Source: an uncultured Acidimicrobiaceae bacterium (GTDB taxonomy: Bacteria > Actinomycetota > Acidimicrobiia > Acidimicrobiales > Bog-793). Taken from it: DNA of 64,000 bases. How positions within the stretch are numbered: the first letter of the stretch is position 1; every line of letters starts with the position of its first letter. Made by a program: the position numbers and the translations under genes. The stretch lies in NCBI GenBank assembly GCA_963761425.1, contig CAVXGQ010000005.1:316760-380759 (forward strand), given 5' to 3'. Below, in pieces: positions 50,360-60,493 of this stretch. The notes beneath the pieces were generated by a model, which saw only the letters and a list, made by a program, of their open reading frames with translations, had not been told where the DNA came from and did not search any database.

Positions 50360-51162
50360 TGGATAGCTTCCTCGTGGCCCGCAACCCCGATCCGGATTCC
50401 ACCCTGCCCTACCTCTTGCGCCTGCCGCTTCCCGGTGGCCCGCTCCTCTTGAAGGCTCGCGACCCCTGGCCCCGAACCACGAAGGTCTACTGCCACCGGG
50501 CCGAGTTCTGGCCGGAGGACCCCGACCTCGTCGAGGAGACCCCGATCCGCAGTTGCGAGCGCCGCGGCGTCGCCATCGATCTCGTCCTCGACCGCTCGCG
50601 GTTGAATCGCTCGCAGTTCGTGTTCACGAAGATCCAGGGCGGGCGGGAAGCGATCTTCTGGCAGTCTCCTCGCACCACACGGACCGCTCGTCCGGGCCTC
50701 CGGGTGCCGACCCGGCGGGCCTCTCGTCACCAGGCGCTCGAGATTCTCGTCGACAGCCGCGAGCGCTACCCCTATCGCTTCGCACGCCAGCAAGCCGTCA
50801 CCGAGCGGCGGGCAATTCCCGCCGGGGATTACGGGGTCGAGCTCGACGGGGACCTGGTCGCCGTCGTCGAGCGCAAGACGGTGCAGGACCTCGCGAGCTG
50901 CCTCGTCGACGGCAGCCTGGCCTACCTGCTCGCCGAGCTCTCCGCCCTCCCCCGAGCCGCCCTCGTCGTCGAGGGCCGCTACGCGCAGCTGCTGAAGCTC
51001 GAGCACGTGAAGGCCGGCTTCGTCGCCGAACTCCTCGCCACCGTCCAGGTCCGCTACCCGAGCGTCCCGATCGTCTTTCTGGACACCCGGCCACTCGCCG
51101 AGGAGTGGAGCTTCCGTTTTCTCGGTGCGGCCCTTTCCTATTCGCGAGCCGCGGAGTCTTGA
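50359..51162 (+). CDS. ERCC4/XPF-domain nuclease
   Basis: VDSRE, GDY and VERKTVQDL motifs; start overlaps the recombinase stop. Confidence 0.85.
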   Translation: MDSFLVARNPDPDSTLPYLLRLPLPGGPLLLKARDPWPRTTKVYCHRAEFWPEDPDLVEETPIRSCERRGVAIDLVLDRSRLNRSQFVFTKIQGGREAIFWQSPRTTRTARPGLRVPTRRASRHQALEILVDSRERYPYRFARQQAVTERRAIPAGDYGVELDGDLVAVVERKTVQDLASCLVDGSLAYLLAELSALPRAALVVEGRYAQLLKLEHVKAGFVAELLATVQVRYPSVPIVFLDTRPLAEEWSFRFLGAALSYSRAAES

Positions 51163-51429
51163 AGGTCTCACCGGCCTTGCCCCGTCGAGGGGCGAGGTCG
51201 GTGTTGGTGAAGGGAATTCCTTCCCGCCAGGTCGCCGCAGTCTACCGACACCCCTTCCGGGCTCAAGGGACGCTCCGGGGCGCCGCCACGGTGGGCGACC
51301 CTCCGGGTCGGCTCGCGCCTCGCCCACCGGGCTCCGCTTCCTCTGCTCTTCGCCCCTGACCCCGGCGGGGTCCCCGTCGGTCGCCCGCCGCCAAGGCGGG
51401 ACGGTCCCGCCGAAGAAAGGCGGAGTCCG

Positions 51430-52329
51430 ATGCAGCGACCAGCACACCACAAGAGCGAGATGCCCCGGAGGGACAGGCTCGCCGAGACCCACGATCGGCT
51501 CGTCCAGGCGGTCGAGTCGCTCACGAGCGGCGAAGACTGGCAGCGCATGCTCGACGTCGCGCGCCAGTTCCACACCTACAGCCCGAACAACGTTTGGCTC
51601 ATCTTCGCCCAGCGACCGGAGGCGACTCGGGTGGCGGGGTTCCACACCTGGAAGAAACTCGGTCGCTTCGTCCGGGCCGGCGAGAAGGGGCTCGCCATCC
51701 TGGCCCCCTGCGTCTACCGGGCCCGACCCCTCGAGCCGACCGAGGAGGTCGAGCACCCGGAGCTCGCTCGCATCCTCCGTGGCTTCCGGGTGGTTCACGT
51801 TTGGGACCTGGCCCAGACCGAGGGGGCTCCGTTGAGTGAGGTCGCGCCGGTCCTCTTAGAGGGCAACGCTCCTTCCGTGCTCTGGGAACGGCTCGAGACC
51901 CAGGTGCGCGCCGCGGGGTTTAACCTCTTGCGAGGCGACTGTCGTCCGGCGAACGCGACCACACACTTCCTCACCCGCACCGTCGTCGTCCGTCCGGACC
52001 TCTCGCCCGCCCAGGCCACCAAGTCCCTGTGCCATGAGCTCGCTCACGTCCGCCTGCACGATGGCCGCGAGTACGCCACCGGATGCCGGGGGATCGCGGA
52101 GATCGAAGCTGAGTCGGTGGCGTATCTCGTCTGCTCCTCGGTCGGCGTGCCCACGGACGGCTACTCCTTCCCCTACGTCGCACGGTGGGCCGAAGGGAAC
52201 ATTTCCACGATCAGGGCGACCGCCGACCGCGTGATCACCTGCGCCCGCTCGATCCTGAACGCTGCCGGCCTGGGGCGAGAAGCCCCTGGCGCAACGCTGG
52301 ACAACGAGCGACTTGATCTGTCCACATAA
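51430..52329 (+). CDS. Intact ArdC-like protein (ssDNA-binding plus HExxH metallopeptidase domain)
   Basis: FHTYSPNNVWLI, AGFHTW, VWDLAQT, HELAH, EIEAESVAY and YSFPYVARW; stop codon lies within the right IR. Confidence 0.88.
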   Translation: MQRPAHHKSEMPRRDRLAETHDRLVQAVESLTSGEDWQRMLDVARQFHTYSPNNVWLIFAQRPEATRVAGFHTWKKLGRFVRAGEKGLAILAPCVYRARPLEPTEEVEHPELARILRGFRVVHVWDLAQTEGAPLSEVAPVLLEGNAPSVLWERLETQVRAAGFNLLRGDCRPANATTHFLTRTVVVRPDLSPAQATKSLCHELAHVRLHDGREYATGCRGIAEIEAESVAYLVCSSVGVPTDGYSFPYVARWAEGNISTIRATADRVITCARSILNAAGLGREAPGATLDNERLDLST

Positions 52330-52331
52330 AC

Positions 52332-52634
52332 GTCGTTTGCTGTGCGCTCGGGATCGACAGCGGCGGGTACTCCTTCGGGTACCTCGCGACATGGGCCGGC
52401 GGCGGCGAGCCAGCGATCGCCGGTGTCAAGGTCTCCTGTGGGCGCATTCAGAAGGCCGCGGCCGTGATCCTGGGCGCGATGGGGCCCGAGGCGGCCGACC
52501 AAGCGGCCTCATGCTGGGCTGTCGGGAGACGGACGGGTGGCCCTGCCATAATCAGGTCAGCCAGCATCGGATCCGGGGAGGCCGCGCTCTCGGCACCTGC
52601 TCGCGACGCGGCAGGTCGGGGTTTCGCGCGATAG
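52332..52634 (+). pseudogene. ardC-like gene, C-terminal part
   Basis: My translation: VVCCALGIDSGGYSFGYLATWAGGG...RIQKAAAVIL. Confidence 0.85.
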
Positions 52635-52661
52635 AACGTGAACAGGGATGACGACGAATCA

Positions 52662-53066
52662 ATGACGGTTTCCTCGGACACATCTCCGGAACCGAACCGG
52701 ATCGGACTGCTCGAGAGCGCCTTCGCGTTCTCGCCCCTGGAGACGGTGTGCAAGGCGGTGTCCGCGGCGACGGAGATCGATCCAGAAATCTTCATCGAGC
52801 GGCAGGGGGACGGGTTCCGCTGGAGCTTCACCAGCAAAGAGGGTGCCTTCGTGCTGCTCGAGAAGGTCGCGAGGTTCTTGGGTATCGACCAGAGCCACCT
52901 CCTCGTCGGGTTCCGCACGCTCGACGACGGCACCTTCGTGGTCCACGACGATCGGGTCGACTTTGAACCGTCCGAGGAGTCGGCCCTCATTAGCTTCTCC
53001 GTTCCGACCACGGAATCCGAGGTCGCGGCCGAGATCCGCCGGCGATTCTCGGTCCAGGGCGACTAG
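52662..53066 (+). CDS. Hypothetical acidic protein
   Basis: Clean ORF with protein-like composition; no motif recognised. Confidence 0.6.
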   Translation: MTVSSDTSPEPNRIGLLESAFAFSPLETVCKAVSAATEIDPEIFIERQGDGFRWSFTSKEGAFVLLEKVARFLGIDQSHLLVGFRTLDDGTFVVHDDRVDFEPSEESALISFSVPTTESEVAAEIRRRFSVQGD

Positions 53067-53180
53067 AGCCGAGGCGGCTCCCCGGCTTCGCAACAGGAGC
53101 TGGTCGCCGAAGGGGTCCATCTGGCCACGTCGGGTCGTGGGCGCCCAGCGACGGAGGCGAACGGCGCCGATTCCCGGCGG

Positions 53181-53525
53181 TCAGCTCCAACCGAGCTCGG
53201 CGAGACGGGTGTCGTTGATCCCGAAGTGGTGGGCGATCTCGTGGATCACCGTCCTTCGAACGGCGGTGGTGACCTCCTCCTCGCTTCGACAGCTCGCACA
53301 GATGCTTCGCATGAAGATCGTGATCCGGTCGGGCAACACCGCCGAGTACCCGATGCCCCGATGGGTCAACGGCACCCCTTCGTAGAGGCCGAAGAGCCTT
53401 CCGGCCGGCGCGAACGGGTCGACGGAGACCGACACGTTCTCCATGGCGCGGCCGAGACTCTCCGGGAGTCCGTCGAGAGCCGAGGCGACGAGCTCGTCGA
53501 ACCGCTCCTTCGTCATCGCGACCAT
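53181..53525 (-). CDS. Minimal zincin-like metallopeptidase (DUF1025 type)
   Basis: FDELVASALDGLP, GLYEGVPL, LPDRITIF and HEIAHHFG motifs. Confidence 0.9.
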   Translation of the reverse strand: MVAMTKERFDELVASALDGLPESLGRAMENVSVSVDPFAPAGRLFGLYEGVPLTHRGIGYSAVLPDRITIFMRSICASCRSEEEVTTAVRRTVIHEIAHHFGINDTRLAELGWS

Positions 53526-53683
53526 GGTGTCGATCATCGCGCCGCCCGTGCGAACGCCGCGGGTGGAAGGCCGGTCGTCGGGCTTCGTCGAGGAGACACC
53601 GGGAATACCCCGCCTCCTGGGAGTATCCGGTGGGCTGGTGGCGGCCGGATTGCGCTGGCGGCCCCCGCTCGGGGCAGACTCTC

Positions 53684-54358
53684 GTGGTGGCCAACCGGCG
53701 AACCCGCCCGTCGACCCGCCGCGTGTCCCACCGGTCGGCGGCGACCCAGCTCGCCGGGCGGGACCCGGTACTGGCGTCATTGATCGAGGCGGCGGGTCCG
53801 CCGGTCTTCCGACCGCCGAGCGAGACACCGTTCGCCGCGCTGGTGCGGTCGGTCACCTACCAACAGCTGGCGGGGTCGGCGGCCGCCGCGATCCACGGAC
53901 GGCTGGTGGCCGCCATGGGAGATCGGAACGACCCGGCTGCGTTGTTCGGCCTTTCCGACGAGGAGGTGAGAGCGGTCGGGCTGTCCCGCAACAAGACGGA
54001 GTCGCTGCGTGACCTCGCGACCAAGGTGCTCGACGGGACGGTTGACCTCGACCCGCGACACCTGGCGCGTGCCGGCGACGAAGAGGTGGTGTCCCACCTC
54101 TCTTCGGTGCGCGGGATCGGCCGATGGACCGCCCAGATGTTCCTCATGTTCCAGCTGCGTCGCCTGGACGTCTGGCCGACGGGGGACTTCGGGGTCCGCC
54201 GGGGCTTCGGACTGGCGTGGAAGGTGCCGGCGCCGACCGCGCGGGAACTCGAACCGCTCGGGGACCCTTTCCGGCCCTATCGATCGGTTGTCGCCTGGTA
54301 CTGCTGGCGCGCCTGCGAGCTCTACGCCAACGCCGCAGAAAGCGCGCTCACCCGCTAG
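53684..54358 (+). CDS. DNA-3-methyladenine glycosylase II (AlkA family)
   Basis: YQQL, GLSRNK, HhH VRGIGRWTA, WPTGD and PYRS motifs; start approximate. Confidence 0.9.
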   Translation: MVANRRTRPSTRRVSHRSAATQLAGRDPVLASLIEAAGPPVFRPPSETPFAALVRSVTYQQLAGSAAAAIHGRLVAAMGDRNDPAALFGLSDEEVRAVGLSRNKTESLRDLATKVLDGTVDLDPRHLARAGDEEVVSHLSSVRGIGRWTAQMFLMFQLRRLDVWPTGDFGVRRGFGLAWKVPAPTARELEPLGDPFRPYRSVVAWYCWRACELYANAAESALTR

Positions 54359-57050
54359 GCGGGCTCACCGGTCCATCGGAGTCGGCGAGCTCTACCTCGA
54401 CCTCAAGTTGGCCTTCAGACGGCGAGAATTCGAGGTTGTCGATCCCGCCGGCGGCGACGAGATCGTCGGCTGCCAGCCGAATGAGGTCGATCGTGGCCGC
54501 CGGTGCGGACACCGCGACCCGGGCGGCGCGCGCCCGCATCGATCGCTTGGCGGCGCTCTTCGCCCGCCGGATTGCTCCGAGGACGGTGCCAACGTCGTCG
54601 AGCAGGCGGTCGTCGGCCCTGGCGGCTGCCGGAGCGAGATCGGCGAGGGTCGGCCACGGGGAAGCATGGAGCGAACCTTCGTGGCTCCACGACCAGGCCT
54701 CTTCGGTGGCAAAGGGCAGGAACGGCGCGAACAGGCGCAGCTGGACCTCGAGGGCGAGGGACAGGGCTTGACGCGCGGAACGGGCTCCCTCTCCGTGCCC
54801 GTAGGCGCGACCTTTCACCAGTTCCAGGTAGTCATCGCAGAACGTCCAGAAGAACTGCTCGATGTGTTCCAGCGCCCGGGCGTGCTCGTAGTTGTTCAGG
54901 GAGTCGGACGCCTCGACCACCACCGCCGCGAGCCGACCCAGCATCGCGAGGTCGAGCGGATGGCTCGCCGGCGCCGGCGGTCTCCCCTCCGGGGCGCTGG
55001 GGTCGTCGGCCAGCCTCTGCAGGATGAACCGGCTGGCGTTGAGGATCTTGATCGCCAGTCGCCTCCCAATCCGCATCTGCTGGGCGTCGAAGATGGTGTC
55101 GACGCCCAGACGGGCAGACGCTGCCCAGTATCGAACCGCGTCGGTCCCGTGGGCGTCGAGGGAATCGCTCGGCACGATGGCGTTGCCCTTGGACTTCGAG
55201 ATCTTCTTGTGGTCGGGGTCGAGAATCCAGCCGGAGATCGCGACGTGGTGCCAGGGCACACAGTGGTGTTCCAGCTCGGACCGCACGACGGACGAGAAGA
55301 GCCAGGTTCTGATGATCTCGTGGGCCTGGGGGCGCAGGTCCATCGGGAAAACGCGGGCGAAGAGCTCGGGCCGGTCGACCCAGTGCCCGGCGATGTGGGG
55401 GCTGAGCGAGGAGGTGGCCCAGGTGTCCATGACGTCCGGATCGGCGACGAATCCTCCCGGCTGGCCGCGTTGGTCGGGGCGATAGCCCTCGGGGACGGTG
55501 GTCGAGGGGTCGAGGGGGAGCTGGCTCTCGTCGGCGAGGATCGGGTGGTCGTCGTCGACCGACCCATCGGCGCCGACCGCGTACCACACCGGAAACGGCA
55601 CGCCGAAGTAGCGCTGTCGCGAGATGTTCCAGTCCCCGGTCAGCCCTTCGACCCAAGCCTCGTAGCGGGCCCGCATGAACTCGGGATGCCAGGCGATGCG
55701 GCGTCCCGCCTCGAGGAGGGCCTCCCGGCGTTCCAAGGTGCGGACATACCACTGGCGAGACGAAACGATCTCGAGCGGTCGTTCGCCTTTCTCGTAGAAG
55801 TTGACGAAGTGCTGGATGGCGCGGGGCTCGCCGACCAGGTCGCCGGAGGCCCGGAGAAGCTCGACGATCTTGTGCTGCGCTTTACGGACCGAGAGTCCTT
55901 CGAGCTCGGCGAAGGCGGCCGTGGCGCGGTCGGTATCTCGGGACTCCCAGCCGGCGGCGCCAAAGGGGGCGTGGCCGATGCGTCCGTCCCGTAAGACGAT
56001 GGTGCGAGTGGCCAGACCGAGGTCGCGCCACCAGGTGACGTCGGTGAGGTCACCGAAGGTGCAGACCATGGCGATTCCCGACCCCTTGTCGGGGTCGGCG
56101 AGCGGATGGGCGTGGATCGGCACCTCCACCCCGAAGAGCGGCGTCAGCGCGGTAGTACCGTACAGCGCCCGGTAGCGGGGGTCGTCGGGATGGGCGACGA
56201 GGGCTACGCAGGCGGGGATGAGTTCGGGCCGGGTCGTCTCGATCTCGATCGGCTCGCCGGTAGCCGACGAGACGAAGCGAACCCGGTGGAAGCTGGCCCC
56301 GATCTCCCGGTCCTCGAGTTCGGCCTGCGCGACCGCCGTCTGGAAGTCGACGTCCCACAGGGTGGGGGCCTCCTGGCGGTAGGCATGGCCGTTCTGCACC
56401 ATCCGCAGGAAGGCCCGCTGAGAGGTGCGCTGGGCGAGTGACCCGATGGTCGTGTACTGGGTCGTCCAATCGACCGACAGTCCGAGCCGGCGGAACAGCG
56501 CCTCGAAAGCCTGTTCGTCTTGGGCGGTGAGGGTGTGGCAGAGCTCGACGAAGTTGGGCCGGGAAATGGCTTGGGGGTGCTTCGGCGGGCTCGGCGGGGC
56601 TGAAAACCCCGGGTCGTAGGGGATGGAGGGATCGCATCGGACTCCGTAGTGGTTCTGCACCCGGCGCTCGGTCGGCAGGCCGTTGTCGTCCCACCCGATC
56701 GGGTAGAAGACGGCCTTGCCGCACATTCGCTGGAATCTCGCCACGATGTCCGTCTGGGTGTAGGAGAAGATGTGGCCGACGTGGAGCGCTCCCGACACGG
56801 TTGGCGGCGGTGTGTCGATCGAGTAGACGCCGTCTCGGGCGGTCGAGTCTCCAAACCGATAGGTCCCCCACGCCTCCCACTGTCGGGCCCAGCGTTCCTC
56901 GAGCCCTTCGAGCGTCGGGTGATCGGGTACCCGTAGGGAACGTCCGACCGGGTTCCCGGCGATGTCGGGTGATCCCGGGTCCGAGATCGACTGGTTCGAG
57001 GCCTCTGAGCCGAAGGCGCGTGCCGTGGTGGGCTCGTCTTCGACTTGCAT
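54348..57050 (-). CDS. valS: Valine--tRNA ligase
   Basis: DTPPPTVSG, HVGH, TTRPE, WNISRQRYFG, DTWATS and KISKS motifs. Confidence 0.96.
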   Translation of the reverse strand: MQVEDEPTTARAFGSEASNQSISDPGSPDIAGNPVGRSLRVPDHPTLEGLEERWARQWEAWGTYRFGDSTARDGVYSIDTPPPTVSGALHVGHIFSYTQTDIVARFQRMCGKAVFYPIGWDDNGLPTERRVQNHYGVRCDPSIPYDPGFSAPPSPPKHPQAISRPNFVELCHTLTAQDEQAFEALFRRLGLSVDWTTQYTTIGSLAQRTSQRAFLRMVQNGHAYRQEAPTLWDVDFQTAVAQAELEDREIGASFHRVRFVSSATGEPIEIETTRPELIPACVALVAHPDDPRYRALYGTTALTPLFGVEVPIHAHPLADPDKGSGIAMVCTFGDLTDVTWWRDLGLATRTIVLRDGRIGHAPFGAAGWESRDTDRATAAFAELEGLSVRKAQHKIVELLRASGDLVGEPRAIQHFVNFYEKGERPLEIVSSRQWYVRTLERREALLEAGRRIAWHPEFMRARYEAWVEGLTGDWNISRQRYFGVPFPVWYAVGADGSVDDDHPILADESQLPLDPSTTVPEGYRPDQRGQPGGFVADPDVMDTWATSSLSPHIAGHWVDRPELFARVFPMDLRPQAHEIIRTWLFSSVVRSELEHHCVPWHHVAISGWILDPDHKKISKSKGNAIVPSDSLDAHGTDAVRYWAASARLGVDTIFDAQQMRIGRRLAIKILNASRFILQRLADDPSAPEGRPPAPASHPLDLAMLGRLAAVVVEASDSLNNYEHARALEHIEQFFWTFCDDYLELVKGRAYGHGEGARSARQALSLALEVQLRLFAPFLPFATEEAWSWSHEGSLHASPWPTLADLAPAAARADDRLLDDVGTVLGAIRRAKSAAKRSMRARAARVAVSAPAATIDLIRLAADDLVAAGGIDNLEFSPSEGQLEVEVELADSDGPVSPPSG

Positions 57051-57058
57051 CGGACTAG

Positions 57059-57065
57059 TACCGTA
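57059..57065. promoter_or_regulatory. Putative bidirectional -10 element between valS and cysS
   Basis: TACCGT (+) and TACGGT (-) overlap inside a 20-bp intergenic gap with no RBS. Confidence 0.4.
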
Positions 57066-57070
57066 GTCGT

Positions 57071-58429
57071 GTGCTCAGGTTGCGCGACACGGTGACCGGT
57101 CGCGTCTCCGAATTGACACCACGGGACGCCGGTGTCGTCGGCCTTTACGTGTGCGGCCCGACGGTCTACGGCGCTCCCCATGTCGGACACGGTCGCTTCG
57201 CGCTGGTCTTCGACGTGCTGCGGCGCTATCTCGAATTCGAGGGCCTGAGGGTCGACCACGTCTCGAACGTCACCGACATCGACGACAAGATCATCGATCG
57301 CGCCGCCGCCGAGGGACGCGACTGGCGTGAAATCGCGCACGACTCCGAACTCGCCTGGTGGGCCGTCATGGACCAGATGGCCCTGGCCCGGCCGACAGCC
57401 ACTCCCCACGCCACGGCCTACATCGCCGAGATGGTGGAACTCGTGGCGGAACTCCTCGAACGCGGGGCGGCCTACGCGACGAGTGACGGGGTCTACCTCG
57501 ACACCTCGTCGGTGGCGGACTACGGGTTGCTGAAGCACCAGAGCATCGAATCGTTGCGCGCCGGAGCAAGGGTGGAGGTCGACGAGCAGAAGAAGTCGCC
57601 GGTCGACTTTGCTCTGTGGAAGAGCTCCAAGCCCGGGGAGCCGGCCTGGGACACGCCGTTCGGTTCGGGCCGGCCGGGCTGGCACACCGAGTGCGTGGTG
57701 ATGTCGCTCGCGCTGCTGGGGGAGGGTTTCGACTTGCACGGCGGCGGCGAGGACCTCATATTTCCCCACCACGAGAACGAGCGGGCCCAGGCGGTCGCCG
57801 ACGGAAAGAGTTTCGCCCGACGCTGGATGCACAACGGACTCGTGCGAGTCGGCGGCGAGAAGATGTCGAAATCGCTGGGGAATTTCACGACGATGGCGGA
57901 AGTGCTGGAGCGCACGGATGCGCGGGCCTATCGGCTGGTCGTGCTCGGTTCGCACTACCGCCAGCCGATCGAAGTGAACGAACACACCCTCGAGGAGGCG
58001 TCAACGACCTTGGAGCGGGTCGACAGTCTCGCTCGGCGATTCGCCGACGCGACGCCGGACGCCATGCTCAGCGAGGTCGGCGAGATGCGGAAGCGCTTTC
58101 GTGAGGCGATGGATGACGACCTCGACACGGCGCGCGCGCTCGGTGGATTGTTCTCCGCGATGCGGCGCGCCAACACGCTCGCCGACGCGGGCGATCTCCG
58201 AGCTGGCGGCGCGCTCGGCCGCGCGGTGCTGGACCTGTTCGCGGCGTTGGGCGTCGAGGGCGCGGTCGGCCGACGGGAGTTGGGTGACGAGGTCCAAGAG
58301 CTGGTGCGCAGGCGTGATGCGGCGCGCGCCGGGCGAGATTTTGCAGCTGCCGATCGGCTGCGGGCCGAGATCGAAAGGCTCGGCTGGGTGGTCGAGGACA
58401 CCCCCGGTGGGACGAGGGTCTACCGCTGA
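57071..58429 (+). CDS. cysS: Cysteine--tRNA ligase
   Basis: YVCGPTVY, HVGH, DFALWK, GRPGWHTEC, FPHHENE and KMSKS motifs. Confidence 0.97.
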   Translation: MLRLRDTVTGRVSELTPRDAGVVGLYVCGPTVYGAPHVGHGRFALVFDVLRRYLEFEGLRVDHVSNVTDIDDKIIDRAAAEGRDWREIAHDSELAWWAVMDQMALARPTATPHATAYIAEMVELVAELLERGAAYATSDGVYLDTSSVADYGLLKHQSIESLRAGARVEVDEQKKSPVDFALWKSSKPGEPAWDTPFGSGRPGWHTECVVMSLALLGEGFDLHGGGEDLIFPHHENERAQAVADGKSFARRWMHNGLVRVGGEKMSKSLGNFTTMAEVLERTDARAYRLVVLGSHYRQPIEVNEHTLEEASTTLERVDSLARRFADATPDAMLSEVGEMRKRFREAMDDDLDTARALGGLFSAMRRANTLADAGDLRAGGALGRAVLDLFAALGVEGAVGRRELGDEVQELVRRRDAARAGRDFAAADRLRAEIERLGWVVEDTPGGTRVYR

Positions 58430-58717
58430 GGGCTTTCGGGGGGATGGCCGGGGGTCCAGCTGGAGGCGCCGGCCGTGGCGCCATCCGACGGTGCGTCGGC
58501 CGGTTGCTCGCCCCGCGCCACGGCAGACTGGACGAGGCGTGTGACGGCGGGGGATGGGACTGGTAGCCTCCGGGTGAGGGCAAGCTGCCTCGTGGTTGCG
58601 ACTGTTGAGCACGCGCCGAAAAAAGGTCCGATCCAGTGGATCGGCCTGGGGCGCAAGCAACGGTAACCGGGGCGGTCCCTCGCGGTATTTGTAATCAAAC
58701 GAAGGGGGATCGCCGAA

Positions 58718-58918
58718 GTGGCGACCGGAACTGTGAAGTGGTTCAACGCCGAGAAGGGCTATGGCTTCATCTCGCAAGAAGGCGGTGCCGATGTGTTCGT
58801 GCATCACTCCGCCATCCAGATGAACGGCTACCGCACGCTTGAGGAGGGTCAGCAGGTCGAGTTCGAGATCCAGGAGGGCCAGAAGGGCCTCCAGGCCGCG
58901 AACGTTCGGCCGGTCTAA
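58718..58918 (+). CDS. cspA: Cold-shock protein
   Basis: [15 protein letters not shown] and DVFVH motifs. Confidence 0.97.
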   Translation: MATGTVKWFNAEKGYGFISQEGGADVFVHHSAIQMNGYRTLEEGQQVEFEIQEGQKGLQAANVRPV

Positions 58919-59151
58919 CCGACCCACGTCTCGGTAGGGCCGCTTCTCGGGCTCGTCGGGGCGCTCGCGACATACGAGCGCGGATCTCTGGATTCCTCAC
59001 CATCTGCGCTGGCGACCTGTCGCGCCCGGTGAGCCTCCCGGTGCTCGGCGAACGCGCACCCGAGACGGACTTCCGGCCCGGTCGAGCCGAAGAGCGCCCT
59101 TCGGAGGGGCGGGCGCGGGGGATGGTTGCGAGGTCCCGGCCCCTCGCCTAG

Positions 59152-60123
<972 letters not shown>

Positions 60124-60493
60124 AGCTCACCGCGTCGGTTTCCGGTGGCTCTCGGGCCCTTCCCTCTCTCGGGGCTGGTCGGTAGGTCTCGAGAACCCGC
60201 TGGCGGGTCGGTGGGCGCGCCCGGTCCAGTGGTGGTTGCGCGCGCCAATGGGGGAGCCAGCGCTACCTCGTGGAGAGATGTCGGCACACCTTCCCTCCCG
60301 CCGCCCGGAAGTCGACAGGGGCGATTCGCCCACCCCGCCGCCCGGTTGGGCCCCACGGCGTGGCCCGGCGCGGGACGAGCCGGTTCGGATTGGTCCTTTG
60401 CCGCCGGTGAGTTGGAGGGATCGGACTCCCCGTCCGCCCCGCCGGAGCTGGCGTGCCGGGGCCGGGGCGCCGTCGGGGATCATCTCCCCGGGC

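Larger units (their letters stand above)
46996..52331 (+). mobile_element. Two-tyrosine-recombinase (Tn554/RIT-like) element inserted in ardC
   Basis: 11-bp IRs TTATCTGGACA (47000-47010) / TGTCCACATAA (52319-52329); AC at both junctions; removal restores ESTAY-VVC in frame. Confidence 0.88.

Noticed and set aside
46996-52331. Canonical RIT element or prophage
   Set aside because: Only two recombinases are present and no phage structural genes
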